From the NCBI RefSeq assembly GCF_053078305.1, contig NZ_CP166875.1: a stretch of 64,000 nt of DNA; one strand, given 5' to 3'. Source of the stretch: a plasmid. Below are positions 30,301-40,296 of this stretch, one piece after another. The translations under genes were made by a program, and so were the position numbers. Position 1 is the stretch's first letter, and each line of letters begins with the position of its first letter. The notes below the pieces were generated by a model that was given only the letters and a program-made list of their open reading frames with translations, was not told the origin of the DNA and searched no databases.

Positions 30301-32600
30301 AGGGTTATGCCGGTGTGGGTAAGACCACACAGTTCCGGGCGGTGATGTCAGCCGTGAAGATGCTGCCGGAGAGTGAGCGTCCCCGTGTCGTGGGGCTGGG
30401 CCCCACGCACCGTGCGGTCGGTGAGATGCGCAGCGCCGGCGTGGATGCACAGACACTGGCATCCTTTCTGCATGACACGCAGCTGCAGCAGCGCAGCGGA
30501 GAAACGCCGGATTTCAGCAACACGCTGTTCCTGCTCGATGAGAGCTCTATGGTGGGCAATACCGACATGGCACGGGCATACGCCCTGATTGCGGCCGGTG
30601 GTGGTCGTGCCGTGGCCAGCGGTGACACGGACCAGCTGCAGGCTATCGCGCCCGGTCAGCCTTTCCGTCTCCAGCAGACGCGCAGTGCTGCCGATGTGGT
30701 CATCATGAAGGAGATTGTGCGTCAGACGCCGGAACTGCGGGAGGCGGTATACAGCCTGATTAACCGGGATGTGGAAAGGGCACTGTCCGGGCTTGAGAGT
30801 GTGAAACCGTCTCAGGTGCCACGTCAGGAGGGCGCATGGGCACCGGAGCACTCCGTGACGGAGTTCAGTCACAGCCAGGAAGCGAAACTGGCAGAAGCGC
30901 AGCAGAAGGCGATGCTGAAAGGCGAGGCTTTTCCGGATGTCCCCATGACACTGTATGAAGCCATTGTCCGCGACTATACCGGCAGAACACCGGAAGCACG
31001 GGAGCAGACGCTGATTGTCACGCACCTGAATGAGGACCGGCGCGTACTGAACAGCATGATTCATGATGTACGGGAAAAGGCCGGTGAGCTGGGGAAAGAG
31101 CAGGTCATGGTGCCTGTCCTGAACACAGCGAATATACGTGACGGAGAGCTGCGTCGTCTCTCCACCTGGGAGACACATCGGGACGCACTTGCCCTGGTGG
31201 ATAATGTGTATCACCGGATTGCCGGTATCAGTAAGGATGACGGGCTGATAACCCTGGAGGATGCGGAAGGTAACACGCGGCTGATTTCGCCCCGGGAGGC
31301 GGTGGCTGAAGGTGTCACACTGTACACCCCGGACACCATCCGGGTGGGGACCGGTGACCGGATGCGCTTCACGAAGAGTGACCGGGAGCGCGGCTATGTG
31401 GCCAACAGCGTCTGGACGGTGATGGCGGTTTCCGGTGACAGTGTCACGCTTTCTGACGGACAGCAGACCCGGGTGATTCGCCCCGGCCAGGAGCAGGCAG
31501 AGCAACATATTGACCTGGCCTATGCCATCACCGCTCACGGTGCGCAGGGGGCGAGTGAAACCTTTGCCATCGCGCTTGAAGGCACGGAAGGTAACCGGAA
31601 ACAGATGGCCGGCTTTGAGTCAGCCTATGTGGCCCTGTCGCGTATGAAGCAGCATGTGCAGGTGTACACCGATAACCGTCAGGGCTGGACGGATGCCATC
31701 AGCAAAGCCGTACAGAAAGGAACGGCCCATGATGTGCTGGAGCCGGGGGCTGACCGGGAGGTCATGAATGCAGAGCGGTTGTTCAGTACGGCACGGGAGC
31801 TGCGGGATGTGGCAGCTGGCCGTGCTGTTCTCCGCCAGGCGGGACTGGCCGGGGGCGACAGTCCGGCACGGTTTATTGCACCGGGGCGCAAATATCCGCA
31901 GCCGTATGTGGCCCTGCCGGCTTTTGACCGTAACGGCAAGTCCGCCGGTATCTGGCTGAACCCACTGACCACGGATGACGGAAACGGGCTGCGGGGATTC
32001 AGTGGTGAAGGCCGGGTGAAAGGCAGCGGGGATGCGCAGTTTGTGGCCCTGCAGGGCAGCCGTAACGGCGAGAGCCTGCTGGCTGATAATATGCAGGATG
32101 GTGTCTGGATTGCCCGTGATAACCCCGACAGCGGTGTGGTGGTGAGAATCGCCGGTGAAGGTCGTCCGTGGAATCCCGGTGCCATCACCGGTGGCCGCGT
32201 GTGGGGGGATATCCCGGACAACAGCGTCCAGCCGGGGGCCGGAAACGGTGAGCCGGTCACGGCAGAGGTGCTGGCACAGCGGCAGGCTGAAGAGGACATC
32301 CGTCGTGAAACGGAACGCCGTGCGGATGAGATTGTCAGAAAAATGGCAGAGGAAAAACCTGACCAGCCGGATGGTAAAACAGAGCAGGCTGTCAGGGCTA
32401 TTGCCGGGCAGGAGCAGGACAGGGCTTCGTCATCAGAACGGGAAACTGCGCTGCCGGAAAGTGTGCTGCGTGAGTCTCAACGGGTGCAGGACGCTGTCCG
32501 GGAGGTTGCCCGGGAAAATCTGCTGCAGGAGCGACTTCAGCAGATGGAGCGGGATATGGTCCGTGACCTGCAGAAAGAGAAAACCCTGGGCGGAGACTGA
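27330..32600 (+). CDS. traI: TraI relaxase/helicase
   Basis: 1756 aa (F TraI is 1756 aa); N-terminal relaxase with HTH motif region, helicase Walker A GYAGVGKT. Confidence 0.95.
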   Translation: MLSFSVVKSAGSAGNYYTDKDNYYVLGSMGERWAGKGAEQLGLQGSVDKDVFTRLLEGKLPDGADLSRMQDGSNKHRPGYDLTFSAPKSVSMMAMLGGDKRLIDAHNQAVDFAVRQVEALASTRVMTDGQSETVLTGNLVMALFNHDTSRDQDPQLHTHAVVANVTQHNGEWKTLSSDKVGKTGFSENVLANRIAFGKIYQSELRQRVEALGYETEVVGKHGMWEMPGVPVEAFSGRSQAIREAVGEDASLKSRDVAALDTRKSKQHVDPEVRMAEWMQTLKETGFDIRAYRDAADQRAETRTQTPGPASQDGPDVQQAVTQAIAGLSERKVQFTYTDVLARTVGILPPEAGVIERARAGIDEAISREQLIPLDREKGLFTSGIHVLDELSVRALSRDIMKQNRVTVHPEKSVPRTAGYSDAVSVLAQDRPSLAIVSGQGGAAGQRERVAELVMMAREQGREVQIIAADRRSQMNLKQDERLSGELITGRRQLLEGMPFTPGSTVIVDQGEKLSLKETLTLLDGAARHNVQVLITDSGQRTGTGSALMAMKDAGVNIYRWQGGEQRPATIICEPDRNVRYARLAGDFAASVKAGEESVAQVSGVREQAILTQAIRSELKTQGVLGQREVTMTVLSPVWLDSRSRYLRDMYRPGMVMEQWNPETRSHDRYVIDRVTAQSHSLTLRDAQGETQVVRISSLDSSWSLFRPEKIPVADGERLRVTGKIPGLRVSGGDRLQVASVSEDAMTVVVPGRAEPATLPVSDSPFTALKLESGWVETPGHSVSDSAKVFASVTQMAMDNATLNGLARSGRDVRLYSSLDETRTAEKLARHPSFTVVSEQIKARAGETLLETAISLQKAGLHTPAQQAIHLALPVLESKNLAFSMVDLLTEAKSFAAEGTSFTELGGEINAQIKRGDLLYVDVAKGYGTGLLVSRASYEAEKSILRHILEGKEAVTPLMERVPGELMETLTSGQRAATRMILETSDRFTVVQGYAGVGKTTQFRAVMSAVKMLPESERPRVVGLGPTHRAVGEMRSAGVDAQTLASFLHDTQLQQRSGETPDFSNTLFLLDESSMVGNTDMARAYALIAAGGGRAVASGDTDQLQAIAPGQPFRLQQTRSAADVVIMKEIVRQTPELREAVYSLINRDVERALSGLESVKPSQVPRQEGAWAPEHSVTEFSHSQEAKLAEAQQKAMLKGEAFPDVPMTLYEAIVRDYTGRTPEAREQTLIVTHLNEDRRVLNSMIHDVREKAGELGKEQVMVPVLNTANIRDGELRRLSTWETHRDALALVDNVYHRIAGISKDDGLITLEDAEGNTRLISPREAVAEGVTLYTPDTIRVGTGDRMRFTKSDRERGYVANSVWTVMAVSGDSVTLSDGQQTRVIRPGQEQAEQHIDLAYAITAHGAQGASETFAIALEGTEGNRKQMAGFESAYVALSRMKQHVQVYTDNRQGWTDAISKAVQKGTAHDVLEPGADREVMNAERLFSTARELRDVAAGRAVLRQAGLAGGDSPARFIAPGRKYPQPYVALPAFDRNGKSAGIWLNPLTTDDGNGLRGFSGEGRVKGSGDAQFVALQGSRNGESLLADNMQDGVWIARDNPDSGVVVRIAGEGRPWNPGAITGGRVWGDIPDNSVQPGAGNGEPVTAEVLAQRQAEEDIRRETERRADEIVRKMAEEKPDQPDGKTEQAVRAIAGQEQDRASSSERETALPESVLRESQRVQDAVREVARENLLQERLQQMERDMVRDLQKEKTLGGD

Positions 32601-32619
32601 TACAGGAAGACAAACGCTG

Positions 32620-33366
32620 ATGACAACGGATAACACGAACACGACACGTAACGATTCACTGGCTGCCCGGACCGATACCTGGCTGCAGTCGTTGCTGGTC
32701 TGGTCACCCGGACAGCGGGATACCATCAAAACGGTGGCACTGGTGCTGATGGTGCTGGACCATGCAAACCGCATTCTGCATCTGGAGCAGACGTGGATGT
32801 TTCTGGCCGGGCGGGGCGCGTTTCCGCTGTTTGCGCTGGTCTGGGGACTGAATCTGTCCCGTCATGCGCATATCCGTCAGGCGTCCGTAAACCGCCTGTG
32901 GGGATGGGCTGTTGTGGCGCAGTTCGGGTACTTTCTGGCGGGATATCCGTGGTATGAGGGCAATATTCTGTTTGCCTTTGCGGTGGCAGCACAGATGCTG
33001 AAATGGTGTGAATATCACTCGCTGGTATGGTCAGTCAGTGCACTTACACTTCTGGTTCTCTGGTTCCCGTTATCTTCCACCAGTTACGGTGCTGTCGGGA
33101 TCATATTACTGATGCTCTGTCACAGGATATACAGGACGACGCACCTTTCTGTACGGAGCATGCTGGCGCTTTGTCTTTTCCCGGTCGTTGCTCTCGTTAA
33201 CCTGCAGGACAGCGTGACTGCCGCTGTCAGTGGTGTGTTAGTGACATACATGGTCGTCAGGATGGTATCCGGTATCCGGTGGCCTGCTGCCCGTTTCTGG
33301 CCGGCAGACTTTTTCCCGGTATTTTATGTCTGTCATCTCGCTGTGCTGGGAGTGATGGCCCTGTAG
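32620..33366 (+). CDS. traX: TraX pilin N-acetylase, polytopic membrane protein
   Basis: 248 aa from in-frame ATG after traI stop; matches F TraX length. Confidence 0.85.
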   Translation: MTTDNTNTTRNDSLAARTDTWLQSLLVWSPGQRDTIKTVALVLMVLDHANRILHLEQTWMFLAGRGAFPLFALVWGLNLSRHAHIRQASVNRLWGWAVVAQFGYFLAGYPWYEGNILFAFAVAAQMLKWCEYHSLVWSVSALTLLVLWFPLSSTSYGAVGIILLMLCHRIYRTTHLSVRSMLALCLFPVVALVNLQDSVTAAVSGVLVTYMVVRMVSGIRWPAARFWPADFFPVFYVCHLAVLGVMAL

Positions 33367-33445
33367 CAGGAAGCGCAAGAAAGCGGATGAACTGTGAAAG
33401 TCTTTTTGTTTAAATCAGAGCGCATTCAGGAAAAAACAGGAGCAG

Positions 33446-33817
33446 ATGATGAAAAAAATATTACTGGTGGCAGCCATTACGGGAATGTTCGTTCAGGGGG
33501 TATGGGCAAAATCAGATCAGCAAATCCGGGATGAGGCTAAAAATAATGTGATCACTGTTTCTCAGGTGAGTGACATGACGGAGGGGACCGGTGTGACGCT
33601 GAATGGTCAGATAGTGAAGCAACTGGCAGCCGAAGAGGATCATTTTGAACTCAGTGATGCATCAGGAAGTATTGTCATTGATGTCGATGATGAAGTATGG
33701 CGCCCGCTGGCCCTGAAAGCCGGAGATAAAGTTCAGGTTGTGGGAGAAGTGGATATTTCTGATGAGGGAAACCGGAAAGCCACGGTGGATGTACTGACTC
33801 TTGAGCGTCTTCGCTGA
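33446..33817 (+). CDS. periplasmic OB-fold protein (YgiW/BOF-like)
   Basis: signal peptide and sequence pattern of BOF family; inference from memory. Confidence 0.5.
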   Translation: MMKKILLVAAITGMFVQGVWAKSDQQIRDEAKNNVITVSQVSDMTEGTGVTLNGQIVKQLAAEEDHFELSDASGSIVIDVDDEVWRPLALKAGDKVQVVGEVDISDEGNRKATVDVLTLERLR

Positions 33818-33852
33818 TATGAACAACGGATACCGGTGAGGGCAGGTGAGTT

Positions 33853-34410
33853 ATGACAGAGCAGAAACGGCCAGTACTGACACTGAAACGAAGAACCGAC
33901 GTGGAAACACCGACCCGGAGCCGGAAAACCATCATCAATGTCACCACGCCACCAAAATGGAAGGTGAAAAAGCAGAAACTGGCGGAGAAGGCTGCCCGGG
34001 AAGCAGAGCTGGCGGCGAAGAAAGCACAGGCCAGACAGGCGCTGTCCATTTATCTGACGCTGCCCTCGCTGGATGAGGCGGTGAACACTCTGAAACCCTG
34101 GTGGCCGGGATTGTTTGACGGTAACACGCCCAGGCTTCTTGCCTGCGGTATCCGGGAGGTTTTACTGGATGAGGTGTCTCAGCGAAATATCCCGCTCTCT
34201 CATAAAAAACTCAGCCGGGCGCTGAAAGCCATCACCCGTTCGGAAAGTTATCTGTGCGCAATGAAAGCCGGCGCCTGCCGCTATGATACGGAAGGCTATG
34301 TGACAGAACATATCACACAGGAAGAAGAACAGTATGCGCAGGCGCGCCTGGAAAAGGTGCGCAGACAGAACCGGATCAAGGATGAGCTGCGGGCGATCCT
34401 GGCTGAATAA
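33853..34410 (+). CDS. finO: FinO RNA chaperone (fertility inhibition)
   Basis: 185 aa, basic N-terminus, matches remembered FinO. Confidence 0.9.
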   Translation: MTEQKRPVLTLKRRTDVETPTRSRKTIINVTTPPKWKVKKQKLAEKAAREAELAAKKAQARQALSIYLTLPSLDEAVNTLKPWWPGLFDGNTPRLLACGIREVLLDEVSQRNIPLSHKKLSRALKAITRSESYLCAMKAGACRYDTEGYVTEHITQEEEQYAQARLEKVRRQNRIKDELRAILAE

Positions 34411-34417
34411 TAAAAAC

Positions 34418-34438
34418 GCCCTCTGTATGACAGAGGGC
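34418..34438. terminator. hairpin GCCCTCTGT-ATG-ACAGAGGGC downstream of finO
   Basis: 9-bp perfect stem; A-tract 5' and no T-tract 3' on + strand, so may serve the opposite strand. Confidence 0.35.
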
Positions 34439-34562
34439 AACAGCGAAAAAATCGGGAAAACAGACATCCAGAGTTTTGATGGAGAAAAACACCCAACCGT
34501 TCAGGGATGTTTCATAATGTTTCTGACATAATCCGGGCGCCGGGTCAAGGGGGGGATAAAAA

Positions 34563-34766
34563 ATGGCTGTATCCAGTGGATTATCTGAGCACAGCGGTAT
34601 TTATCGCTATCAGCGCGTGGGGCGTCATGCCGTCCGTCAGGAGATTCGTGGCTTTTTCAGGGAAGCCGCTGAGGCCTGGCAGAATGCGGCCCGGCTGGCA
34701 CCCTGTGAAGCATGGCGGGATTTTGCCCTGAAGAGGGCATCTGCATGCCGGTGTAAGTGCCGATAA
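34563..34766 (+). CDS. hypothetical small basic protein
   Basis: 67 aa ORF with strong GGGGGGAT RBS; weak. Confidence 0.25.
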   Translation: MAVSSGLSEHSGIYRYQRVGRHAVRQEIRGFFREAAEAWQNAARLAPCEAWRDFALKRASACRCKCR

Positions 34767-35511
34767 AAATAACCCCCGTCGCGGAGCTCCGGGGGATCAG
34801 GCTTATATGGCAGATCGTTATTATTATTATTATAGTGGTGTAAGAAGGAGTTGCCCTGTCTTTCAAACGGACATCACAGAATTAACATATTTCACCTCCC
34901 GGGTAAGCCAGCAGGGATAAAAAATGTGATGAATTTCAAGAAGCAGGAGGTGACAGTGGCATGCATAACAGCAGGGTTATCCGGTGAATCTGACAGACAG
35001 CCGGGCTGTATTCGCGGCAGGATAAAGAAAAACCGGGAGATGACTCTCCCGGTCCGTCTTATCGCTAATCCCCTGAGCAGGGCATGTATGACTTATCTAT
35101 GACCATTATATTCAGCGCCACATCCGGTAGCCTGCGATATAACACAGTTATCCTGTCAGTAAGAGCAGGTATGATGAATACACGGAGATTAAAAATATAA
35201 TCTCCGTCACATGTTACCCCCGGAAACCGGTAACGCCGTCACGGGAAAGACGTGACAGAAAAAGCAGCCTCCGTTACTCCAGGTATCAGAAGGCTGAATA
35301 ATGCATGAGACTTTCTTTCTTATGTGTCTGGTCAGGCTGGCTGACCAGCGTTTTTAGTAACACATAGCCATATGTGTATTAAGCCACCTCATCTTATTTT
35401 GTTGAATTGATCACAATTCAACGGTTTATTTTTGGCGTGATGTGTGAGCCGTTATTCATCCCGGCATGGAATTCATGCAATAACGAAAAGTAATCAGTGA
35501 CGGAGAGTAAA

Positions 35512-35973
35512 ATGAAGAAATATATACCACTGGTATTATTTGTTTTTTCATGTCAGGTATTTTCTGCTGATATTCATGGACGGGTTGTGCGTGTTCTGGA
35601 TGGCGATACCATTGACGTTATGTTATCTCAGCATCCGGTGCGTGTCCGTCTTGTTAATATTGATGCACCTGAAAAGAAACAGGACTATGGCCGGTGGTCT
35701 GAAAAAATAATGAAATCTCTGGTTGCGGGAAAAACGGTTACTGTCACATATTTTCAGCGAGATCGTTATGGTCGTATTCTCGGGCAGGTTTATGCACCAG
35801 ACGGAATGAATGTTAATCAGTTTATGGTCCGTGCAGGCGCTGCATGGGTTTATGAGCAGTACAACACCGATCCTGTTCTTCCCGTCCTGCAGGGAGAAGC
35901 ACGACAGCAGAAACGTGGTCTGTGGGCAGACAGCGCTCCTGTTCCGCCCTGGGTATGGCGCTCACGGAAATAA
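35512..35973 (+). CDS. secreted thermonuclease-family (SNase-like) nuclease
   Basis: signal peptide; RVVRVLDGDTIDV...VRLVNIDAPE motif typical of staphylococcal-nuclease fold. Confidence 0.75.
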   Translation: MKKYIPLVLFVFSCQVFSADIHGRVVRVLDGDTIDVMLSQHPVRVRLVNIDAPEKKQDYGRWSEKIMKSLVAGKTVTVTYFQRDRYGRILGQVYAPDGMNVNQFMVRAGAAWVYEQYNTDPVLPVLQGEARQQKRGLWADSAPVPPWVWRSRK

Positions 35974-36060
35974 TGATATTTCTGTGGCTATTGAGTTCTC
36001 ATTGAAATGCGATATTTAAAAGTATGAAGCATATTACATTATTAACTTATTTCTCTGTTA

Positions 36061-36459
36061 ATGAAAGGTGAACAAATGAACTATCAGGCAGTATCAGAAT
36101 TAATCACATCGTCTAATCATAATGTTCTTATTGTGGGGGACTCAGCTTCTGAAGTTGATAGCTTTTTAAATAAACTGAATATTACTGATTATAAGTATTA
36201 TGATTTCAGCCAGATTTACAGTTGTTCTGACAGAACATTAAATGATTATGCGGTTATTTTTATCAGGGATGCACTGAACGCCAGTGAGCATATTATTATT
36301 TTTAATTGTACAGGATGGCCTGATTTGAATAATGAATCTGCCGTCATGCAGTTTGCCAGAGTGGCACGAAAATCAGGAAAACAACTGATAGTCGCAGTAA
36401 GAGAACAGGATATGAAAAAAATGGAAGCAGAGTTTGGAAGGATCATAAAAATCCACTGA
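36061..36459 (+). CDS. hypothetical protein with alternating strand/helix pattern
   Basis: 132 aa AT-rich ORF; followed immediately by second copy of structured element. Confidence 0.4.
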   Translation: MKGEQMNYQAVSELITSSNHNVLIVGDSASEVDSFLNKLNITDYKYYDFSQIYSCSDRTLNDYAVIFIRDALNASEHIIIFNCTGWPDLNNESAVMQFARVARKSGKQLIVAVREQDMKKMEAEFGRIIKIH

Positions 36460-36530
36460 CGCCTTCGCGTTGCTCAGTTGTCCAACCCCGGGGACGGGAA
36501 AAAGCAAGTTTTCCCCGCCCCCGGCGTTTC
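36456..36530 (+). repeat. conserved ~72-bp structured element (copy 2)
   Basis: same flanks as 24178-24249 with a different but self-complementary stem. Confidence 0.6.
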
Positions 36531-36681
36531 TGTAGTGAAAAGCGGGAAATGGAGGGAATGGTCAGTAACAGGGAATGTGGTATTATCGCGGCGGGTGTCT
36601 GAGCCTTTCTGGTTCAGGCAAGACGCAGGTACTAGAAATGCGAAGACCCCACTTGTTAATCCATTAACTCGTGAGGCCTGC

Positions 36682-36888
36682 ATGAAGTACTTGAACACTA
36701 CTGATTGTAGCCTCTTCCTTGCAGAGAGGTCAAAGTTTATGACGAAATATGCCCTTATCGGGTTGCTCGCCGTGTGCGCCACGGTGTTGTGTTTTTCACT
36801 GATATTCAGGGAACGGTTATGTGAGCTGAATATTCACAGGGGAAATACAGTGGTGCAGGTAACTCTGGCCTACGAAGCACGGAAGTAA
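36682..36888 (+). CDS. srnB: SrnB/PndA-type Hok-family type I toxin
   Basis: MKYLNTTDCSLFLAERSKFMTKYALIGLLAVCATVLCFSLIFRERLCELNIHRGNTVVQVTLAYEARK matches remembered SrnB. Confidence 0.8.
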   Translation: MKYLNTTDCSLFLAERSKFMTKYALIGLLAVCATVLCFSLIFRERLCELNIHRGNTVVQVTLAYEARK

Positions 36889-37171
36889 GCTGCCGGGCGG
36901 GGACGGAAGTCCCCGCTTTCCGGAAGTGTGAGGTATTTCAGGGGCAGACACCCGACATGCCAGAAACCGCCGGTCCCGCCCGGGGCCGGCACACAGGTTA
37001 AGGCATTTCCTGTTTTTCAGCCATTTCGCAACAAAAATCACATTAAACAACAGTAATCACCGTTGATTTGTGCGCCAACACAGATCTTCGTCACAATTCT
37101 CAAGTCGCTGATTTCAAAAAACTGTAGTATCCTCTGCGAAACGATCCCTGTTTGAGAATTGAGGAGGCGAG

Positions 37172-37432
37172 ATGTCGCAGACAGAAAATGCAGTGACTTC
37201 CTCATTGAGTCAAAAGCGGTTTGTGCGCAGAGGTAAGCCTATGACTGACTCTGAGAAACAAATGGCCGCTGTTGCAAGAAAACGTCTTACACACAAAGAG
37301 ATAAAAGTTTTTGTCAAAAATCCTCTGAAAGATCTCATGGTTGAGTACTGCGAGAGAGAGGGGATAACACAGGCTCAGTTCGTTGAGAAAATCATCAAAG
37401 ATGAACTGCAGAGACTGGATATACTAAAGTAA
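37172..37432 (+). CDS. copB: CopB (RepA2) transcriptional repressor of repA
   Basis: 86 aa, matches IncFII CopB; position upstream of copA/repA1. Confidence 0.85.
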
Positions 37433-37494
37433 AGACTTTACTTTGTGGCGTAGCATGCTAGATTACTGATCGTTTAAGGAATTTTGTGGCTGGC

Positions 37495-37585
37495 CACGCC
37501 ATAAGGTGGCAGGGAACTGGTTCTGATGTGGATGTACAGGAGCCAGAAAAGTGAAAACCCCGATAATCTTCTTTAACTTTGGCGA
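37495..37585 (-). ncRNA. copA: CopA antisense RNA (approximate bounds)
   Basis: region between copB and tap matches remembered R100 copA target sequence; bounds estimated. Confidence 0.55.
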
Positions 37586-37656
37586 GTGAGAAAGATTACC
37601 GGGGCCATCTAAAAACCGTATAGCCAACAATTCAGCTATGCGGGGAGTATAGTTAT

Positions 37657-37731
37657 ATGCCCGGAAAAGTTCAAGACTTCTTTCTGTGCTCGCTCCTTCT
37701 GCGCATTGTAAGTGCAGGATGGTGTGACTGA
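37657..37731 (+). CDS. tap: Tap (RepA6) leader peptide
   Basis: 24-codon [27 protein letters not shown] ending just after repA1 GTG start. Confidence 0.6.
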
Positions 37732-38581
37732 TCTTCAACAAACGTATTACCGCCAGGTAAAGAACCCGAATCCGGTGTTTACACCCCGTAAAGGTGCCGG
37801 AACGCTGAAGTTCTGCGAAAAACTGATGGAAAAGGCGGTGGGCTTCACCTCCCGTTTTGATTTCGCCATTCATGTGGCGCATGCCCGTTCGCGTGGTCTG
37901 CGTCGACGCATGCCACCGGTGCTGCGTCGACGGGCTATTGATGCGCTGCTGCAGGGGCTGTGTTTCCATTATGACCCGCTGGCCAACCGCGTCCAGTGTT
38001 CCATTACCACACTGGCCATTGAGTGCGGACTGGCGACAGAGTCCGGTGCAGGAAAACTCTCCATCACCCGGGCCACCCGGGCCCTGACGTTCCTGTCAGA
38101 GCTGGGACTGATTACCTACCAGACGGAATATGATCCGCTTATCGGGTGCTACATTCCGACCGATATCACGTTCACACCGGCGCTGTTTGCCGCCCTTGAT
38201 GTGTCTGAGGATGCAGTGGCAGCTGCGCGCCGCAGCCGTGTGGTATGGGAAAACAGACAGCGCAAAAAGCAGGGGCTGGATACCCTGGGTATGGATGAGC
38301 TGATAGCGAAAGCCTGGCGTTTTGTCCGTGAGCGTTTCCGCAGTTACCAGACAGAGCTTAAGTCCCACGGCATGAAACGTGCCCGTGCGCGCCGCGATGC
38401 AGGCAGAACCCGCCAGGACATTGTCACCCTGGTGAAACGGCAGCTGACGCGTGAAATCGCGGAAGGGCGTTTCCGGGGAAGCCTGGAGGCCGTGAAGCGC
38501 GAAATCGACCGTCGTGTGAAGGAACGCATGATAATGTCGCGTAACAACAACTACACACGGCTGGCCACTGCCTCCCCCTGA
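37724..38581 (+). CDS. repA1: RepA1 IncFII replication initiator (GTG start)
   Basis: [22 protein letters not shown]... near-identical to remembered R100 RepA1. Confidence 0.9.
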
Positions 38582-38599
38582 GTTTTACCTCATCTGAAT

Positions 38600-38900
38600 A
38601 ATCCGGCCTGCGCCGGAGGCATCTGCACGCCTGAAGCCTGTCAGCGAACAAAAAAACAGCACCACATACAAAAAACAATCTCATCATCCCGCTTCTGGTG
38701 CATCCGGCCCCCCTGTTTTCGATACAAAACATGCCTCACTGACGGGGAATTTTGCTTATCCACATTTAACTGCAAGGGACTTCCCCATAAAGTTACAACC
38801 GTTCATGTCATAAAGCGCCAGCCGCCAGCCTTACAGGGTGCAATGTATCTTTTAAACACCTGTTTATATCTCCTTTAAACCACTTAACTACATTCATTTA
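38600..38900. promoter_or_regulatory. oriR-type origin region with DnaA box TTATCCACA at 38756-38764
   Basis: DnaA box and AT-rich stretch downstream of repA1 as in R1/R100. Confidence 0.6.
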
Positions 38901-39157
38901 AAAAGAAAACCTATTCACTGCCTGTCCTGTGGACAGACAGATATGCACCTCCCACCGCAAGCGGCGGGCCCCGACCGGAGCCACTTTAGTTACAACACTC
39001 AGATACAACCACCAGAAAAACCCAAGTCCCGCGCAGAACTGAAACCACAAAGCCCCTCCTCATAACTGAAAAGCGGCCCCGCCCCGGCCCAAAGGGCCGG
39101 AACAGAGTCGCTTTTAATTATGAATGTTGTAACTATACTCCATCATTGCTGTCAGTA

Positions 39158-39427
39158 TTCTGGCTGGAAGTCCTCAGTACACGCTCGTAAGCGGCCCTCA
39201 CGGCCCGCTAACGCGGAGATACGCCCCGACTTCGGGTAAACCCTCGTCGGGACCACTCCGACCGCGCACATAAGCTCTATCATAGCTGACAGCGGGTATG
39301 GCTTTGCAGGGTGGGGATGGGTAAGGTGAAATCTATCAATCAGTACCGGCTTACGCCGGGCTTCGGCGGTTTTACTCCGGTATCACATGTAACCACAGCG
39401 TGCCGCCTTACATGCGCTGACGCGCAT
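39158..39427. repeat. 270-bp GC-rich structured segment, copy A (IncFII ori-downstream type)
   Basis: ~90% identical direct repeat of 41040-41310. Confidence 0.7.
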
Positions 39428-39516
39428 AAACAACAAGTTGCTACATTAGCTTACAGGTTAATTCACCTTGCATAAGATTAGCATATAGGTTAATGTTTAT
39501 CGAAATGGGAGGTCAT

Positions 39517-39846
39517 ATGTTTAGCGTTGTTTATCACCCGGAAGCCAGGGAAGAAGCCACAGCATTACCCATAAAAATCAGGGTGAAGTTTGACCGTCTC
39601 ATCAGCAAACTGGAATATGACGCCCGATTACTGCGGGAACCGGATACAAAGCCCCTGGGGGATGGACTTTTTGAGATCCGCACGATGGGGACGGACATAG
39701 CCAGAGGCATCTGGGTATACCACAAAGGCAATACCATCATCATGCTCCGGGTTTTCATCAAGAAGTCTCAGAAAACGCCAGCAAAAGAAATCGATCTCGC
39801 CAAAAAGCGGTTAGCGGAGGTACTTAATGAAACTGGTAAGCCATAA
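39517..39846 (+). CDS. HigB/RelE-family toxin
   Basis: toxin-first order followed by overlapping HTH gene. Confidence 0.65.
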   Translation: MFSVVYHPEAREEATALPIKIRVKFDRLISKLEYDARLLREPDTKPLGDGLFEIRTMGTDIARGIWVYHKGNTIIMLRVFIKKSQKTPAKEIDLAKKRLAEVLNETGKP

Positions 39847-40108
39847 AGAACTGCATAACGAGTGGATGCAGGACGACGAATATCGCGCTGCATGGCAGGA
39901 AGAAGAACGTAAGGAGAAACTCAGGGAGTTGCTTGCAGAATGGCGTAAGCATGACAATTTGACAAAAGCGCAGGTTGCTGAACGCATGGGGGTTACTCCT
40001 CCTGTTATTTCCCGCCTGGAAAACAACATCACTAAAGCCAGCATCGACACCCTGACTCGCTATGCCCATGCGTGCGGTATCAAAAAACCTGTTATTACGC
40101 TGTACTGA
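39827..40108 (+). CDS. HigA-like HTH-XRE antitoxin
   Basis: 93 aa, HTH motif LTKAQVAERMGVTPPVISRLEN. Confidence 0.65.
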   Translation: MKLVSHKELHNEWMQDDEYRAAWQEEERKEKLRELLAEWRKHDNLTKAQVAERMGVTPPVISRLENNITKASIDTLTRYAHACGIKKPVITLY

Positions 40109-40296
40109 ACTCTGCTCTATGGCTGCCAGTTCTGGAGAAATCAGTAACTAAATTTTAATTAGCTACGTTATGGTAAATCTGCCTGATGTGTCGATTTCTC
40201 TGAAAGTAATTCGGCTTCTGTGGGCTGCGTTTGCCTTGTGCCACCTGAATGTAATCACTATGATTAAATATGATTAACAACTAATCGGATATACAA

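Noticed and set aside
32155-33366. 403-aa ORF spanning the end of traI
   Set aside because: The upstream part is an out-of-frame overlap with traI; traX starts at the ATG at 32620, giving the expected 248 aa.
36478-36888. 136-aa protein
   Set aside because: Only the last 68 codons match the SrnB toxin; the upstream part is the overlapping leader frame analogous to mok.
39158-39427. Retron msr/msd or group II intron remnant
   Set aside because: No reverse transcriptase ORF adjacent and no domain V-like motif; position downstream of repA1 fits a replicon-associated segment better.
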